DNA from: Octopus bimaculoides
Taxonomy: Eukaryota
Reading direction: 5' to 3'
Length of the DNA: 64,000 bases
Assembly (NCBI RefSeq): GCF_001194135.2
Contig: NC_068985.1
Coordinates: 3,007,185-3,071,184, forward strand
In this document: positions 24,227-36,269 of the stretch, in pieces
Layout of the letters: the number at the start of each line of letters is the position of its first letter
How positions within the stretch are numbered: the stretch's first letter is position 1
Notes under the pieces: generated by a model
What the model saw: the letters and a program-made list of their open reading frames with translations, nothing else
The model's database searches: none
What the model was told of the DNA's origin: nothing
Program-made: the position numbers and the translations under genes

Positions 24227-25099
24227 AAGAGGGTGCATGTGTGTGTGCACGCATTCATGCGCGCGCACACACATGTATATAATCCTATATTCCATTTACT
24301 TCCTATCTTATTTAGCTGTAAAGAAGTACACTTATGTTTATCTATATACCCTATTCCGAATATGTCCCATTACCATTCTGTCCAACCACCTATTTATCTC
24401 TAAATGCTTCCAGCTATCTAATTGATCTTGTATCTATGTGACTACTTTTCTATTTATTGACTAACTTATATAATGACCTATCGATATGATGATTATATAA
24501 ATAGAACTACCTACATATTCTAACTTTCTATCTGATCATCATACCATCCATCTATTAAATTTTCCATCTGTGTACCCCTTTAATCCAGTTCCTTGATTTT
24601 GTTTCTATCTGTTTATCTAATTTAACCTAACCTACCCATTTATTCATACACTCTCTTGGTTTATTCCTATCTATTGGTTCTATTCATCTTGTTATTCAAC
24701 CATCTGTTTAATTACAAATCCTTTTATTTGTCTACCTCGTTATCTGCCTACCTCACTGTTCCTCTATCCACTTATCTAACCAGCCAGCAAGTTATTGAAC
24801 CATTTACAATTTATCACTACATACACGTATCCAACTTCTCTTCTGTTTATCTATTTATCAAACAAAGGATGCTATTTCACTAATTAATGTTCATTAGTGT
24901 GTTTTATTACAAGTAGTAAGAAGATTTTATTAATTTTATTGTTTTCTGGTCCCTTCAATTTTCCGATTTCATTCCGTTTCTCGACCACGTCTCCTCCTAC
25001 TCCCCAACAGGAAAACCAGCAAACGTTCAGAAAGGAAATCAAGCATTCTTTTGAATCCTGTGACATCAAATATCCTCAGCACATATGTGCACACACATG

Positions 25100-25680
25100 G
25101 CCATTAACTGGAAAGCAAGCAGAGAAGCCTTAGCTATTTCAGCACTATGAAAGATCCATGACCAAAGACAAGGAAGCCTAGCAAGGCTTCCTTGTTCTAA
25201 CCAGTAAGCTCAGCAAATACAATAATGAACTTTTTCCATGAAAATACAATGATGGCTCCTTAAAGAGTATTTCTGCAGAAAAAGCCTCCACATTTGTGGC
25301 CTTCTTTGCATCAAACTCCATACTGCACATAAAGCTAAATCTCTCACTTCATTCCATTGATTTCACTCCCTCCCCACCACACACACACACACACACACAC
25401 ACACAGATGCCAAGTGTGAAAGCACTTACAGGTGCTTGAAACCAAGGCTGCCAATCCTGATAATATTCCTCAATCAATTACTTTCAACAAATGCATCCCA
25501 GTTTTCATCAAAATCCTTTGATCACACTCTCCCCACTATAGACACCTGCACCATTCTTTGGAAACATGCTACAGGGTATCCCATTCCTAAGAAGAGAAAC
25601 CTCCTCTAGCTCTGCCAGCTATCAACCAATTGCTTAAGTATTTTTAAAGTGTGTCTCAGTATATTAAATAAAGGCATGAT
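25100..25680 (+). pseudogene. CR1/Jockey-like LINE ORF2 remnant (region before the RT core)
   Basis: AEKASTFVAFFASNSIL (compare KAELFA..FASNSTL), NPDNIP (GPDxIP) and WKHATGYPIPKK..SSASYQPIA (WKxAxVxPIPKK..NYRPI). Confidence 0.55.
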
Positions 25681-25743
25681 TAGTTCTAAGTTCACCACAT
25701 GTGTGCCAAGATCTTCTGAATGTATGTAAGTATACATTTATAT

Positions 25744-25801
<58 letters not shown>

Positions 25802-26196
25802 ATTTGTACAAATATATCTTTCATGGCTCTCTATATACTTTCAACTGTCTAAACAGTTTCCAAAATGACCATGAAATTTCCATGAGTGCTGTTAGTTATA
25901 CAGGATTATAACAACTGACTTTGTAATCTGTTTACACAAAACTAGTAATGAAAAAATTTATGGTGCAAGTAAATGAATGGAGCAGTGCAAATCTGGCTTT
26001 AGAAGACAAGAAAGGTAAATATGCACACCAAAACAGATGAATTGGTGAAAAGATACAACATGGTTTTATACTTAACAGTAGTAAATTCATGGCTTTCAGT
26101 CTTCTTTTAACCATGCTTCCCTTCACTTTGAGATTAGATAACTGTCAGCCGAAAGCAAAGTCCTGTTGGGTGTGTGCTAAACCAACTGTTACTTAC

Positions 26197-26233
26197 AATA
26201 CCACCAAGGTTTTTTCATGCTTCCAGTGGTAAT
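26197..26233 (-). other. Candidate 37-bp micro-exon
   Basis: Minus: gcttcttttcctgcccttgctag|ATTACCACTGGAAGCATGAAAAAACCTTGGTGGTATT|gtaagt. Near-consensus splice sites; two frames open. Confidence 0.25.
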
Positions 26234-26273
26234 CTAGCAAGGGCAGGAAAAGAAGCACACAAGAGGCTAAGCG

Positions 26274-26510
26274 TTCTTATTTCTTTACTGCCCACAAGGG
26301 GCTACACACAGAGGGGATAAACAAGGACAGACAAACGGATTAAGTCGATTATAACGATCCCAGTGCGTAACTGGTACTTATTTAATCGACCCCGAAAGGA
26401 TGAAAGGCAAAGTCGACCTTGGCGGAATTTGAACTCAGAACGTAGCGGCAGACGAAATACCGCTAAGCATTTTGCCCGGCGTGCTAACGATTCTGGCAGC
26501 TTGCTGCCTT
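26274..26510 (-). mobile_element. Young family-1 SINE
   Basis: Complete head (GGCAGCAAGCTG...CGTTAGCACGCCGGGC...TTCTGAGTTCAAATTCCGCC) to the AAAGAAATAAG tail; about 15 CpGs retained. Confidence 0.9.
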
Positions 26511-26746
26511 TAGAGACTAGCATTCTGCCGAGTTTTATCTCATCACCCCCATATATAGGAGAAACTGGAAGGAGTCATGTCTCAGCTGGCTGATGAATGA
26601 CCCGGAAGAGCAAAATACAAATATCTCAACTTTGAATTCTTAATCCTTCAAGAAACTGCATAAATCTTAGATATATATAAATTAACACCAAATATACAGT
26701 GCGTGTGTTTTTATTGGCTAAACTGGCAATATGACCATCCCCAAAT

Positions 26747-26808
<62 letters not shown>

Positions 26809-27057
26809 ATGACTCCACAGCTCTTTGTCTCAATAATTTTTTAAATATGATCCACATTCATGAATGATTCCAAAGAACAGTTACATCTGTGAAGAAAGTG
26901 AACTACAGCAAAAGACTAGCAATGAAAGAGATGAAATAAACTGATATCTGCTACAAGAAGATTTGCATTAAACTATTGTCAAATTAATAAAAGGATAATA
27001 ACAGTCTCTTCAGATCTAAGTTTCTTGTTCAGAAGAAATTTTTATATCCATGTTTAA

Positions 27058-27277
27058 CCCTTTAACATTCAGATTACTCTGTGAAATGTAACATCTGCTT
27101 ATCCACACTGCTTTGAATTAATCATGCATTATCTTGTAGCTTTGAGATTTTGAAGGTGCGGTTGTTTATTTGTAGAATGACATTGTAGGATCTGTGTGAG
27201 AGGCCAAATCTGGCTGGTTTGAACATAAAATTGTTAGATTATTTGGGCTGGATAAGGCTGGTTTAAATACTAAAGGG
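27058..27277 (+). mobile_element. piggyBac-type TTAA MITE
   Basis: TTAA+CCCTTTAACATT ... AATACTAAAGGG+TTAG. An inverted relative lies at about 27960-28165 and a 5' fragment at 42695-42775. Confidence 0.7.
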
Positions 27278-28887
27278 TTAGTATTTTTACCAGCAGGAAA
27301 GCTATTTACCAATCAACTGTGGCTATAGGAAGCCCAGAGGAATAATGTAACTAATTTCACAACTTAAGGCATCAGTTGCAACAAAGTTTGTAATCATGAA
27401 ATTTCCAATGAAAGGTCTTGTACCTTAAACACCCCACCATTGTATTTGCATATATCTGAAAAACTGATTGTGGTGAAATGCTGAACATTTTTATCATTTA
27501 ATGAAATAAGAAAATTTTATTCTCACTACCAAGTCACATTTTCAATTATTTTCTCATTTTTTTTTTAAATTCTTTAATTTTAAGAATACTTATTAATTAA
27601 TTAATTAACATGCATGTGTATAACAAACAAACAAACAAACACGCACACACACGCACGCACACACACAATGAATGGTTGCAACAAATCTTCAGTGTATGCA
27701 TAATTGAACCAGTTGAAATTAACGATTGAGAACATGAACATCTATCATCATCATCATCATCATCATTTGTATTTCCTCTGATTCCATGCTAGTATGGTTT
27801 GGAAAAAAACTTCTAAAGCTGCACCCTTCATCATATTTTATTCCTCGTCTTCAGGAAGCTGAACTGCTGCTAGACTTATTGATTATAGAAACATGAAACT
27901 GGCATCCATGCAAAGAAACACATATACAAACACATAAACCTGATTCTGGACAGTTTCGCATTTAAACCAGTCACATCCAGCCAAAAGATTCTGTTGTATG
28001 CTGCAACTGGCCAGATCTGGCCCCTCACACCTATTCTATAATGTCATTCTAAAATTATGCAATCATCAAATTTTCAAAGATATAATGATAATGCATAATT
28101 AATTTAAAACAATGAGAATAAATAAACATTATATTTAACAGAATAATCTGAATGCGAAAGGCTTCAAGTAAAAATGAATGCTGTCAACAGCGTGTATTCT
28201 GCTTAAAGCACCTAAGTGCCAGGTGGTAGAGTCGTGTAAAGCAAGAAGGGATCTGAGCTCAGAATGTAAAATACTGGAACAAGTACAGCAAGGCATCTTG
28301 CTGGCTGTTCTAATGATTCTGTGTTTCTTTGCATGAATGCCAGTTTGATGGTGACTTTGTTTGTGTTTCTAATGATTCCGTCAGCCTACACATAAGGTAA
28401 CAGTGTAGGTTCTTATAAATAAGGTACCAGCCCTAGATTGGCATCTTGATAATTGGCCGTAGAAGGACAAATACCAAAGTAGGTTTTCATGGTATTTGCA
28501 GGTAGAATGCAGGGTGCTTGATTAGATACCAACACAAAAATTTCTGTCATTTCACCATTAAAAAGAAGTACTGATTAAGAAAAGAAATAGCCAGACACAA
28601 GTACTCTGAAAAGACATGAATAAAGCAGGCAAAGGTTGAGCATATAGCACTAATAAAACAGGTTATATTAAAGCTGGCTCGTTCTAATTAATCTGGTATG
28701 GAAACGTATTTACATTTTAACAGCTACTGGGCACAGTAAGCAATGAAAGAAAGAAGGGCATTAACAACAATATTGTAATTATAACAATTATGATATCAAC
28801 AGACACAACAACAGTAATGATAAAGACAACGACAACAACAGGAATAAAAGTAATGATATTACTCATAGTAATACAGATAATGGCTGA

Positions 28888-28948
28888 CGATGATGATGAT
28901 GATGATGATGATGATGACGATGACGATGATGATGATGATGATGATGAC
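28888..28948 (+). repeat. (GAT)n/(GAC) trinucleotide microsatellite
   Basis: Direct inspection. Confidence 0.95.
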
Positions 28949-29084
28949 AACCGTGGGGTTTGTGGTGGTAAAAATGATTATTTTTTACCATCTGAAAAGA
29001 AACTTTATTACACATTGATTTAAATTTAAACTTGTGTAAGGAATAGGGCCTCAAATGAAAGTGACTATCAACAAGCACCAAGTG

Positions 29085-29360
29085 TGCATGCATATCGTAT
29101 AGTGGTTAATAGCACGGGCTACTACCCCCAAGATACCGAGTTCGATTCCAGGCAGTGACCTGAATAATGATAATAACAACATCAAAAAATACCTGAGGAA
29201 TGAGAACCCAGGTTCGAAATTTCCCTAAGACACCTGATGAAGGCTGGAGGGTATATCAGCCGAAACGTTGTGTTAACAAACAAGATGAGGACAAATATCC
29301 ATCAAATGTAAATAACATAAATAATGTACATAATTCCTCATCTCTTAAATATAGAACTGT
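29085..29360 (+). mobile_element. tRNA-headed SINE carrying a hammerhead ribozyme, copy 1
   Basis: A-box-like ..TAGTGG, B box GTTCGATTCC (29140-29149), (AAT)n spacer, hammerhead core at 29229-29274, 3' inverted repeat AGATGAGGA/TCCTCATCT. Collinear with 38074-38379. Confidence 0.88.
29229..29274 (+). ncRNA. Type I minimal hammerhead ribozyme (Penelope-like)
   Basis: Stem I GACAC/GTGTT; core CTGATGA; extra A; stem II GGCTG-loop-CAGCC; GAAA; palindromic ACGT in place of stem III; NUH = GTT, predicted cut after 29269. Confidence 0.8.
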
Positions 29361-29719
29361 ATTACTTGCATGTATACTTATAAATCTGCATGTTATAATC
29401 ATTTTTGTGCATACTGGTGGGTGTCCTTGGTCCTCTATATTTGTGATCCTGTGTGTATATTTACTATTCATTTATTCTTAAGCTATTGTACTACTTTCAG
29501 TCATTGGAATGCAGCCATGATGAAGTACTATCTTTAAGAGGTTTAGCAGATATGAATTTTAATACATATTTCAGTTTTTTATGAACCTTTATTTACTTTT
29601 ATGGATCTTTATTTATCAAACTGTTAAATAACAGGATATAAAGGGACACAACAACATTTTTTCAACCAATGTAAAAACACAGACTCACAAAATGGACATC
29701 TGTAAAGGCATTTAGAAAA

Positions 29720-29885
29720 TTAGTATTTGTAAATCTCACAACGAGAGATATTCAGCAACAATACTTTGGAGTAAAGATTATTTGCAGACATAACATGGCA
29801 GTCCTGGTTTAGGATGAATGTTGCTGTAATTTAACCCCAGGAGACATCATCTCCAGCTGGCTATGCAACACGATCTGTGTCCTTA
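29720..29885 (+). repeat. Structured dispersed repeat, copy B
   Basis: ATCTC/GAGAT hairpin; perfect CAGCAACA(29753-60)/TGTTGCTG(29819-26) stem; TCCT/AGGA, GGAGA/TCTCC; ends CTGTGTCCTT. Confidence 0.7.
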
Positions 29886-29974
29886 TATTTTCGAACAACC
29901 AGGACCACCAAGTTATGTTGGCAAATAATCTTTACTCTGTAATGGTACTATCAAGTAAATTTCACTCAAGTACA

Positions 29975-30160
29975 TGTGCTGGTGCCATGTAAAAAGCACC
30001 CAATATACTCTGTGAAGTGGTTGGTGTTAGAAAGGGCACCCATCCATAGAAGCTTTGCCAAACAGACAATTGGAGCTTGATGCAGCTCCCTGGCTTGCCA
30101 GCCCTGTCAAGCAGTCCAATCCATGCCAGCATGGAAAATGTATGTTAAATGATGATGAAG
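29975..30160 (+). mobile_element. RTE 3' UTR fragment
   Basis: GTGCCATGTAAAAAGCACCC, GTTAGAAAGGGCA, CCATGCCAGCATGGAAA and (GAT)n. Confidence 0.7.
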
Positions 30161-30397
30161 AGTTAAGATCAACCTGAATTGCAAGAGACATTTACCCAAG
30201 GAACCACACAGTGCAAAATCAAACCAGAGAATATTGTGGTGAAGCAGACTTCATAACCACACAGCCATTCAGATACCTCTGTTTATGTATGAACATTATC
30301 GCAGTCATACAGATTGCTGCGTTCTTCATGCAGGTGTTTTGATACCTGGAAGCTCTTCTTACAACTAACCAATTTATCAAATGTGAACAAGCTAGTG

Positions 30398-30437
<40 letters not shown>

Positions 30438-31779
30438 TTTACATAAGCATAGACATGAATGCACACACAGATACACATATTAAAACATAAACGTGCACAT
30501 TAACATATCTACAAGCACATTCCCATACATATTTACACACGCACATATACATACACACAACACATACATAATGGAAAACATACACAAACATGTGTGCACA
30601 TGAGATATATCATGGGGAACAATACACACACAGATTATTTCTGTATGGGAGTCCTTTGAAAAACCGACAAGCTGATTAACAAACTGAGGTCATAAATCAA
30701 AGACAGCAAAATGTTCTTGATTGTGTGCCTCTCTGTGTGCGTGTGTGTGTGTGTATATTCACATGAACACACACGTGCACGTGCACACACACACACAAAC
30801 AACAATGTATCAGAGAGTACTGAAAAGCAATAGAATTAAAATGCTGTGTGTTCAAGAATCCAGTGCCAGGTGACTGACTAAAGCTAACATCCATGTAGAA
30901 ACTACAAAACTCATTAATCATACCAAAAACACATTCGGAAACAATAATCACAGCAGATGTTGCTGCCTGTTACAATCAAGATCTATGTACATGGCAAACT
31001 TTACCAATAATTTATTCATAAGCAAGCTTACTGAAATATTTAAATATTTCACTTACTTTTATTATTTAGCTTTGTTGTTTTATTTTGCAAGATTAGATTA
31101 TGTGTTTTCATGTTTCTCCTGATTCTATTCTATGTTTCAAAAAAGAACAGGTGGTAACATTTAAGAAAGCACCAAAGGAAAGAGAGAGAAGAAGAAGTTC
31201 AAATAGATTTGTTTAACCAATACCTAACCACCGTTTAACTTTATCAGAAAATACTTAACTAATCTACCTAGCTGTAGAGAAGAAGTCATTTTATTTGCCC
31301 TCATCATATTTTCTCTCAAATATTTGTTAACTTTCTCATCAAAGCTCAGCATCACTGGCATCACTATCACAATCACAATCATTATCAGTGATATTAGCAC
31401 TGTATTCACACCGTTCAATGTGTGCATGTAAAGCTATTGGTGTTGTTGACTAATTAATTACTAATTACAGAAAACTAAAGAGTGAAATCTATTACGCTTT
31501 GAATTTCACCATCTTAAAGTGCTAAATCCAAATGAAACAACAAGCCTCCCTCAAATAAACAGGTTGTTTTCCCTCAAGGCTATCTAACTAAGCTCAATAC
31601 ATGACGGCTGTGTTTAGCTGTGTAGCTTCTCTTTGTCTCTTTCATGGACTCTTCTTGTCACAGTTCAATCACAACTGAACAGTGACTTCCTCACCAACAA
31701 CAGTAGTCATCTTCATCATCACCAAAAGCCACCACCACCCATCAGCATCTTCTTTTCAATACATAGATTATGAGGAGAG

Positions 31780-31990
31780 AGGCAAGCTGGCAGAATCATT
31801 AAGATGCCAGGCAAAATGCTGAGCGGCATTTCATCCATCTTTATGCTCTGAGTTCAAATTCCACCAAAGTTTACTCTGCTTTTCATCCTTCCAATGTCAA
31901 TGAAATAAATACCAGCTGAGCACTGGAGTTCAATGTAATCGACTTGCCCCCACCCCCAGAAGTAACGGTCTTGTATAAAAATGTGAAATC
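31780..31990 (+). mobile_element. Family-1 SINE
   Basis: GGCAAGCTGGCAGAATC head, CTCTGAGTTCAAATTCC, GCTTTTCATCCTT and AATCGACTT. Confidence 0.75.
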
Positions 31991-32084
31991 AATATGCATC
32001 AAGGCATCTTAATTCAAAATTTATCAACACTCTTTTTCTGGTAGTAAAGTAATGATTTATCTGCTGTACTTCCAATAATGCATT

Positions 32085-32325
32085 ATTCTAACCATGGAAA
32101 CCAAGGGTCCATACAAGATTTTATGGTTAAGGTCTATGCGCAATAAATTGGTTATTCTTATACAATACACAAAATATGTTAACTTTTTTTTATACAATTT
32201 CTAATAATTTTTTAATTATAAAAATATTTTAGGATTTTTCCACCATTGAATGGTCATGGGGCTCCATCTGAGTAAAACAGGAACCAAAGGAGTCCGTAGT
32301 TAAAAGAAATGGCTGAGAACCACTG
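32085..32325 (+). mobile_element. hAT-type MITE (CAGTGGTTCTCAAC-like termini), degraded
   Basis: Shares GGGTCCATA.AAGATTT and the GGCTGAGAACCACTG end with 34745-34990 and 42314-42618. Confidence 0.55.
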
Positions 32326-32335
32326 TTGTAAAGTA

Positions 32336-32571
32336 CAGGGTGTTCAAATAGTCTCTCCACAGTAAGTATCTAATGGTTTTTGGGTGATTCTTGTACACTG
32401 ATTCTTTACTTGCTCCCCAGAAAAAAAAGGTCTGGCAGTGTTAAATCAGGTGATCATGGTGGCCAAAGTCCCTATGAAATAATCCGTTCATGGAAAAACT
32501 CTTGAAGTAACACCATGGTGATGCACAGAATGAAAACAAATTCACTGCAGAGAGACTTTTTCAACATCCTG
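32336..32571 (-). mobile_element. 236-bp Tc1/mariner deletion derivative
   Basis: TA+CAGGGTGTTCAAA ... TTCAACATCCTG+TA. Minus strand GLWPP*SPDLTLPD/FFWGASKESVYKNHPKTI matches the WPPRSPDLTPxDFFLWGxxKxxVY motif. Confidence 0.8.
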
Positions 32572-33649
32572 TATATTTGATGCCACAATCCACTTTGACT
32601 TCACAGAGGCCTTTTATATTTTTCTCTGTACACACATCCGCGCATACTACAACTACAATGATTCAGCTATAGATCATTAGACTACAGCATTCATACATTT
32701 ATATATGAATTGTTGTAAGTCACATGAAGAAAGGTTACATATATTTCTGAATTGTTTCCCAAAGCAATAGAACTGTGTCAGTGAGGGACCATTGAAAACC
32801 TTTTCTTTAAAGCAGAAGATGATGACGATACTTAAGATGAATATCATGTTAGACATGTGAGGGTACAAACAGCAGATTTAATCTCCTGTGAATCAATGCC
32901 TTCCATATTGTAATCTATCCTCTGATTAGGCAGACTTCCTGAGAATTGGACAGCTGATCCCATCTTATTAAGTGGAATAAGAACTGCTAAAATAATTCTT
33001 AATGAAAACCCAATAGACTTTTAGTTTTCAGTAGAAAGACAACATCTTCTATGGAGACTTTGACCATTTATGAAGAGACACTCTAGTCTCATGAGGTGAA
33101 CACATTAAAAACACTAAAAACATAAATAAAACTAATACATAAATAACACATGATCAAAGGAAAATAAGAGGGGGGTGTAGAAGTGTATATAGACTCATAA
33201 ATTCACATCTCAATAGACTATGTTTGAGAGTAAAAGAGGAGGGTCATAAAAAAAACGAAAAAAACAACAACAAAAGCAAATACTATAATTAATCTAAACT
33301 GTAATCCAGACAAGTATTAAGACATTAATCACCAAACAGATTACTGGAGCATGAAAATCGGTTTATTGTCTCAAAACAAAAACCAGTAAAAACAAATAAT
33401 AAATGTTAAGGGTCAAAAACAAAAACAAAATGGAGAAGAGAAAAATGGTAGAACAAAATATTAAAAAAAAAGTATAAATAAAAAGGAAAAAAAAAGGAAA
33501 GTTTTTCAAAGCAAAAAAGAAGGATTGAATAAAATTTTATGGAAATTATCACAAATAGAACTCACATAAACATTAATACTGCAGCTTCGTGAACTCCAAT
33601 AGAGGAGGAATTCCTTGATCTATATTGATGTCATTGATCTGATGAAATG

Positions 33650-34030
33650 ATACATCAAATATATTTGTATAAAATGAGTTGCAGAGGCACCAACACTTTA
33701 AGGGCTATTCTACAGTGTATTAGCAATTCTATGAGAGTAAGACACAAATACTACTCTTCTGCAATAATGGATACATCCACACCAACAAATTTTGTCTCTT
33801 TTTGCTCTAAGTCTTACTTCATCAAAGACAGAAGAACCAATCAGAACATCAGATTTGCAGTGATTCTAGAAAGGTCAGATCATGACTGATACAGGTCCTT
33901 GAAGGAATTGCAAAGGCCTTTTTGGCAGACCAGTGGTCTACAGAGCATTAACCTAAAATGGTTACTGGATGCACATCAGAAGAAATTACAGGAGACAAGA
34001 AGAAAACCATCAACTTGTCTATGAGCCATA
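33650..34030 (+). pseudogene. Very old RTE-like LINE 3' remnant
   Basis: Scattered motifs only: NTLRAILQCIS, IKDRR..IRFA, GRPVVY, VTGCTSEEI. Confidence 0.3.
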
Positions 34031-34744
34031 ATGATAGCTAACTAATCAAGACAAAATCTGGATGGCACCAAACAGATCAATATAAGCTGATTAGTGCTTT
34101 TAAATAAACGCCAACTTGTCTTTTGTTATTATAAATATAGATTCTTTAAAAACAATTATCAAAAAATTAATATGCAAATCAAAAATCATTCAATCATAAA
34201 AAATAAAAATAGCAATATTTGAATCAAAATCACGACTAAAATAACAGAGATAATGACAAAAGATACAATCAATAATAAAATACGAATAAAAGCAATTAAA
34301 ATAATATGACACTGGAAAAGTAGTAGTAGCTTTTGTGTGCGTGCGTGCGTGCATGTGTGCATGCATGCATGCGTGTAGGCACTCTTTGTAAGAGTTGGAT
34401 ATAGAGCTGAATTAGCTGACCCAGAGACCTGGGCCCAATTATACTACTCTTGTGAGATCTGTGCTGTCTAGTATTTTCAACTTCCTATTGGTTTTTCTGG
34501 GTGTGGCCAAGAGTGAAAAAGTAAGTTAGACCTTGTCTGTTTGAGAGGGCCCACCTTTTATTTGTTCCAGTCACTGGACTGCAGCAATGCTGAGAGGTAC
34601 CACTTTGAAAGGTTTCTAGTTGAACAAATTGACCTCAGTACTTTTCTTTTCTTTTTAAGCCTGGTCCTTATCTATCAGTCTCTGACAGATAAGGACTGCT
34701 GCCCTTCCTGAAAGTAGTGTTCTATAGTTGTGACAACCCTCTAA

Positions 34745-34990
34745 CTCAATGGTTCTCAATCCAGGTCCACATGACCCTTGCAGTTCCTTATAAGATTTAG
34801 TTATTAAAAATTATCTACAATAAGTCGGTTATACTTCTACCATACACTAAATATTTTAATAATTTTTATACAATTCTTAATAACATTTCATTATAAAAAT
34901 ATAATAGGATAATTTTTAGACATGAAATAGCTATGAGGTCCACTCAAGTAAAACAGAAATCAAAGGGGTCCATATTGAGGACCACTGTTC
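34745..34990 (+). mobile_element. hAT-type MITE
   Basis: CAATGGTTCTCAATCC ... TTGAGGACCACTG terminal inverted repeats. Confidence 0.65.
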
Positions 34991-35814
34991 TAACTGCTTA
35001 TCTACAATAGTTCCTGCTTGATTGGAGATAACCTGAACATAACAACAACATCTACTACAGTGAAATCCTCAAGCCAACTTGTTTAAATTTAATTAAAAGG
35101 AAGAAAGAAATAGCATTTTTAAAATGCTACAACTGTTGAATACATAAAAACAATTAGATAATAGCTATCAATATAAAGAAACAACCCACTGTCAAAGTCT
35201 CTAAAAGCACATCAAAAACTTTGTCACATACTTGTTTGGGTATAAAATGAAAAGTTTCATTATTTTACTCAGCACTAAAACAGTCTCTCCCCACCAAACC
35301 TGCTCTATGTGATCACTCAAACAGACAGAAATAGTGGTCAAACCCCCCTTAAATAATAACCTACTGTCTTGGAAAAAAAGGGAGGAATGCTTTGATTAGG
35401 GTGGCACTTGATTATAAAGTATGCCTAAAGAATAAACAGGTCCATCATGGGTCTGCCAGATAAGGAATGACATGGACTGAACAACAAGAAATTATTGTTC
35501 AATGTACAGTCTAAGAAAAAAAGAGAAAAATTATGAGCTCGAAAAACTAGAAAATAAATATTTTATTATTAATTAAATGTCCTTCTATACAAAAACAGTA
35601 ATAATTTTGAGAATCCTTTCTTTAATACAATGACTTACATAGCTTTTATGAATGGAGGGACACCTGCTTTTATAAGGAACAATCTCTAGGATATAATAAA
35701 TTAGTTTTGTGTGTGAGTATATGTGCATGTGTAATACTTATCTATGGGAAATAAGTGGGCTAATGGCATGAATTTAGATAAAGATGTACTTGGTGATGCA
35801 CACACACAAATAGA

Positions 35815-36135
35815 AAGAACATGGCTTAGTGGTCAAGGCATTTGGCTCATGATCGTAAGGTCATGAGTTCAATTCCCGGCAATGTGTTGCACCCTTGGGT
35901 GAAACACTTTAATTCACATTGCTCCAGCTCACTCAGCTGGCGAAAATAAGTAGTACCTGTATTTCAAAGGGCCAGCCTTGTCACACTCTGAGTCACACTG
36001 AATCTCCTTGACCACTATGTTAAGGGTACATGTGTCTGTGGAGTGCTCAGCCACTTGCACATTAATTTCACAAGCAGGCTGTTCCGTTGATTGGATCAAC
36101 TGGAACCTTTGTCGTCATAACTAACGGAGTGCCAA
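35815..36135 (+). mobile_element. Complete tRNA-headed SINE (family 4)
   Basis: A box TGGCTTAGTGG, B box GAGTTCAATTCC, CCTTGGG..AAACACTT..ATTGCTCCAG.TCACTCAGCTGG central domain and GGAACC..TGTCGTC.TAAC tail. Confidence 0.85.
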
Positions 36136-36269
36136 TAGTAGTACACGCACAAATTTTCAATTAATTGAAAATTTCATTGTTAGAATGTGGAAGAGAACAA
36201 AAAGACTAACAGTAATGGCAAATAGCTTTCAAAGAAAAAGGGAGATAGTTTAATGAAATTTGGCCCCCA

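Noticed and set aside
35815-35880. tRNA gene calls for the A/B-box heads (also 29085, 38085 and families 1 and 3)
   Set aside because: No complete cloverleaf or acceptor stem; they continue into SINE bodies.
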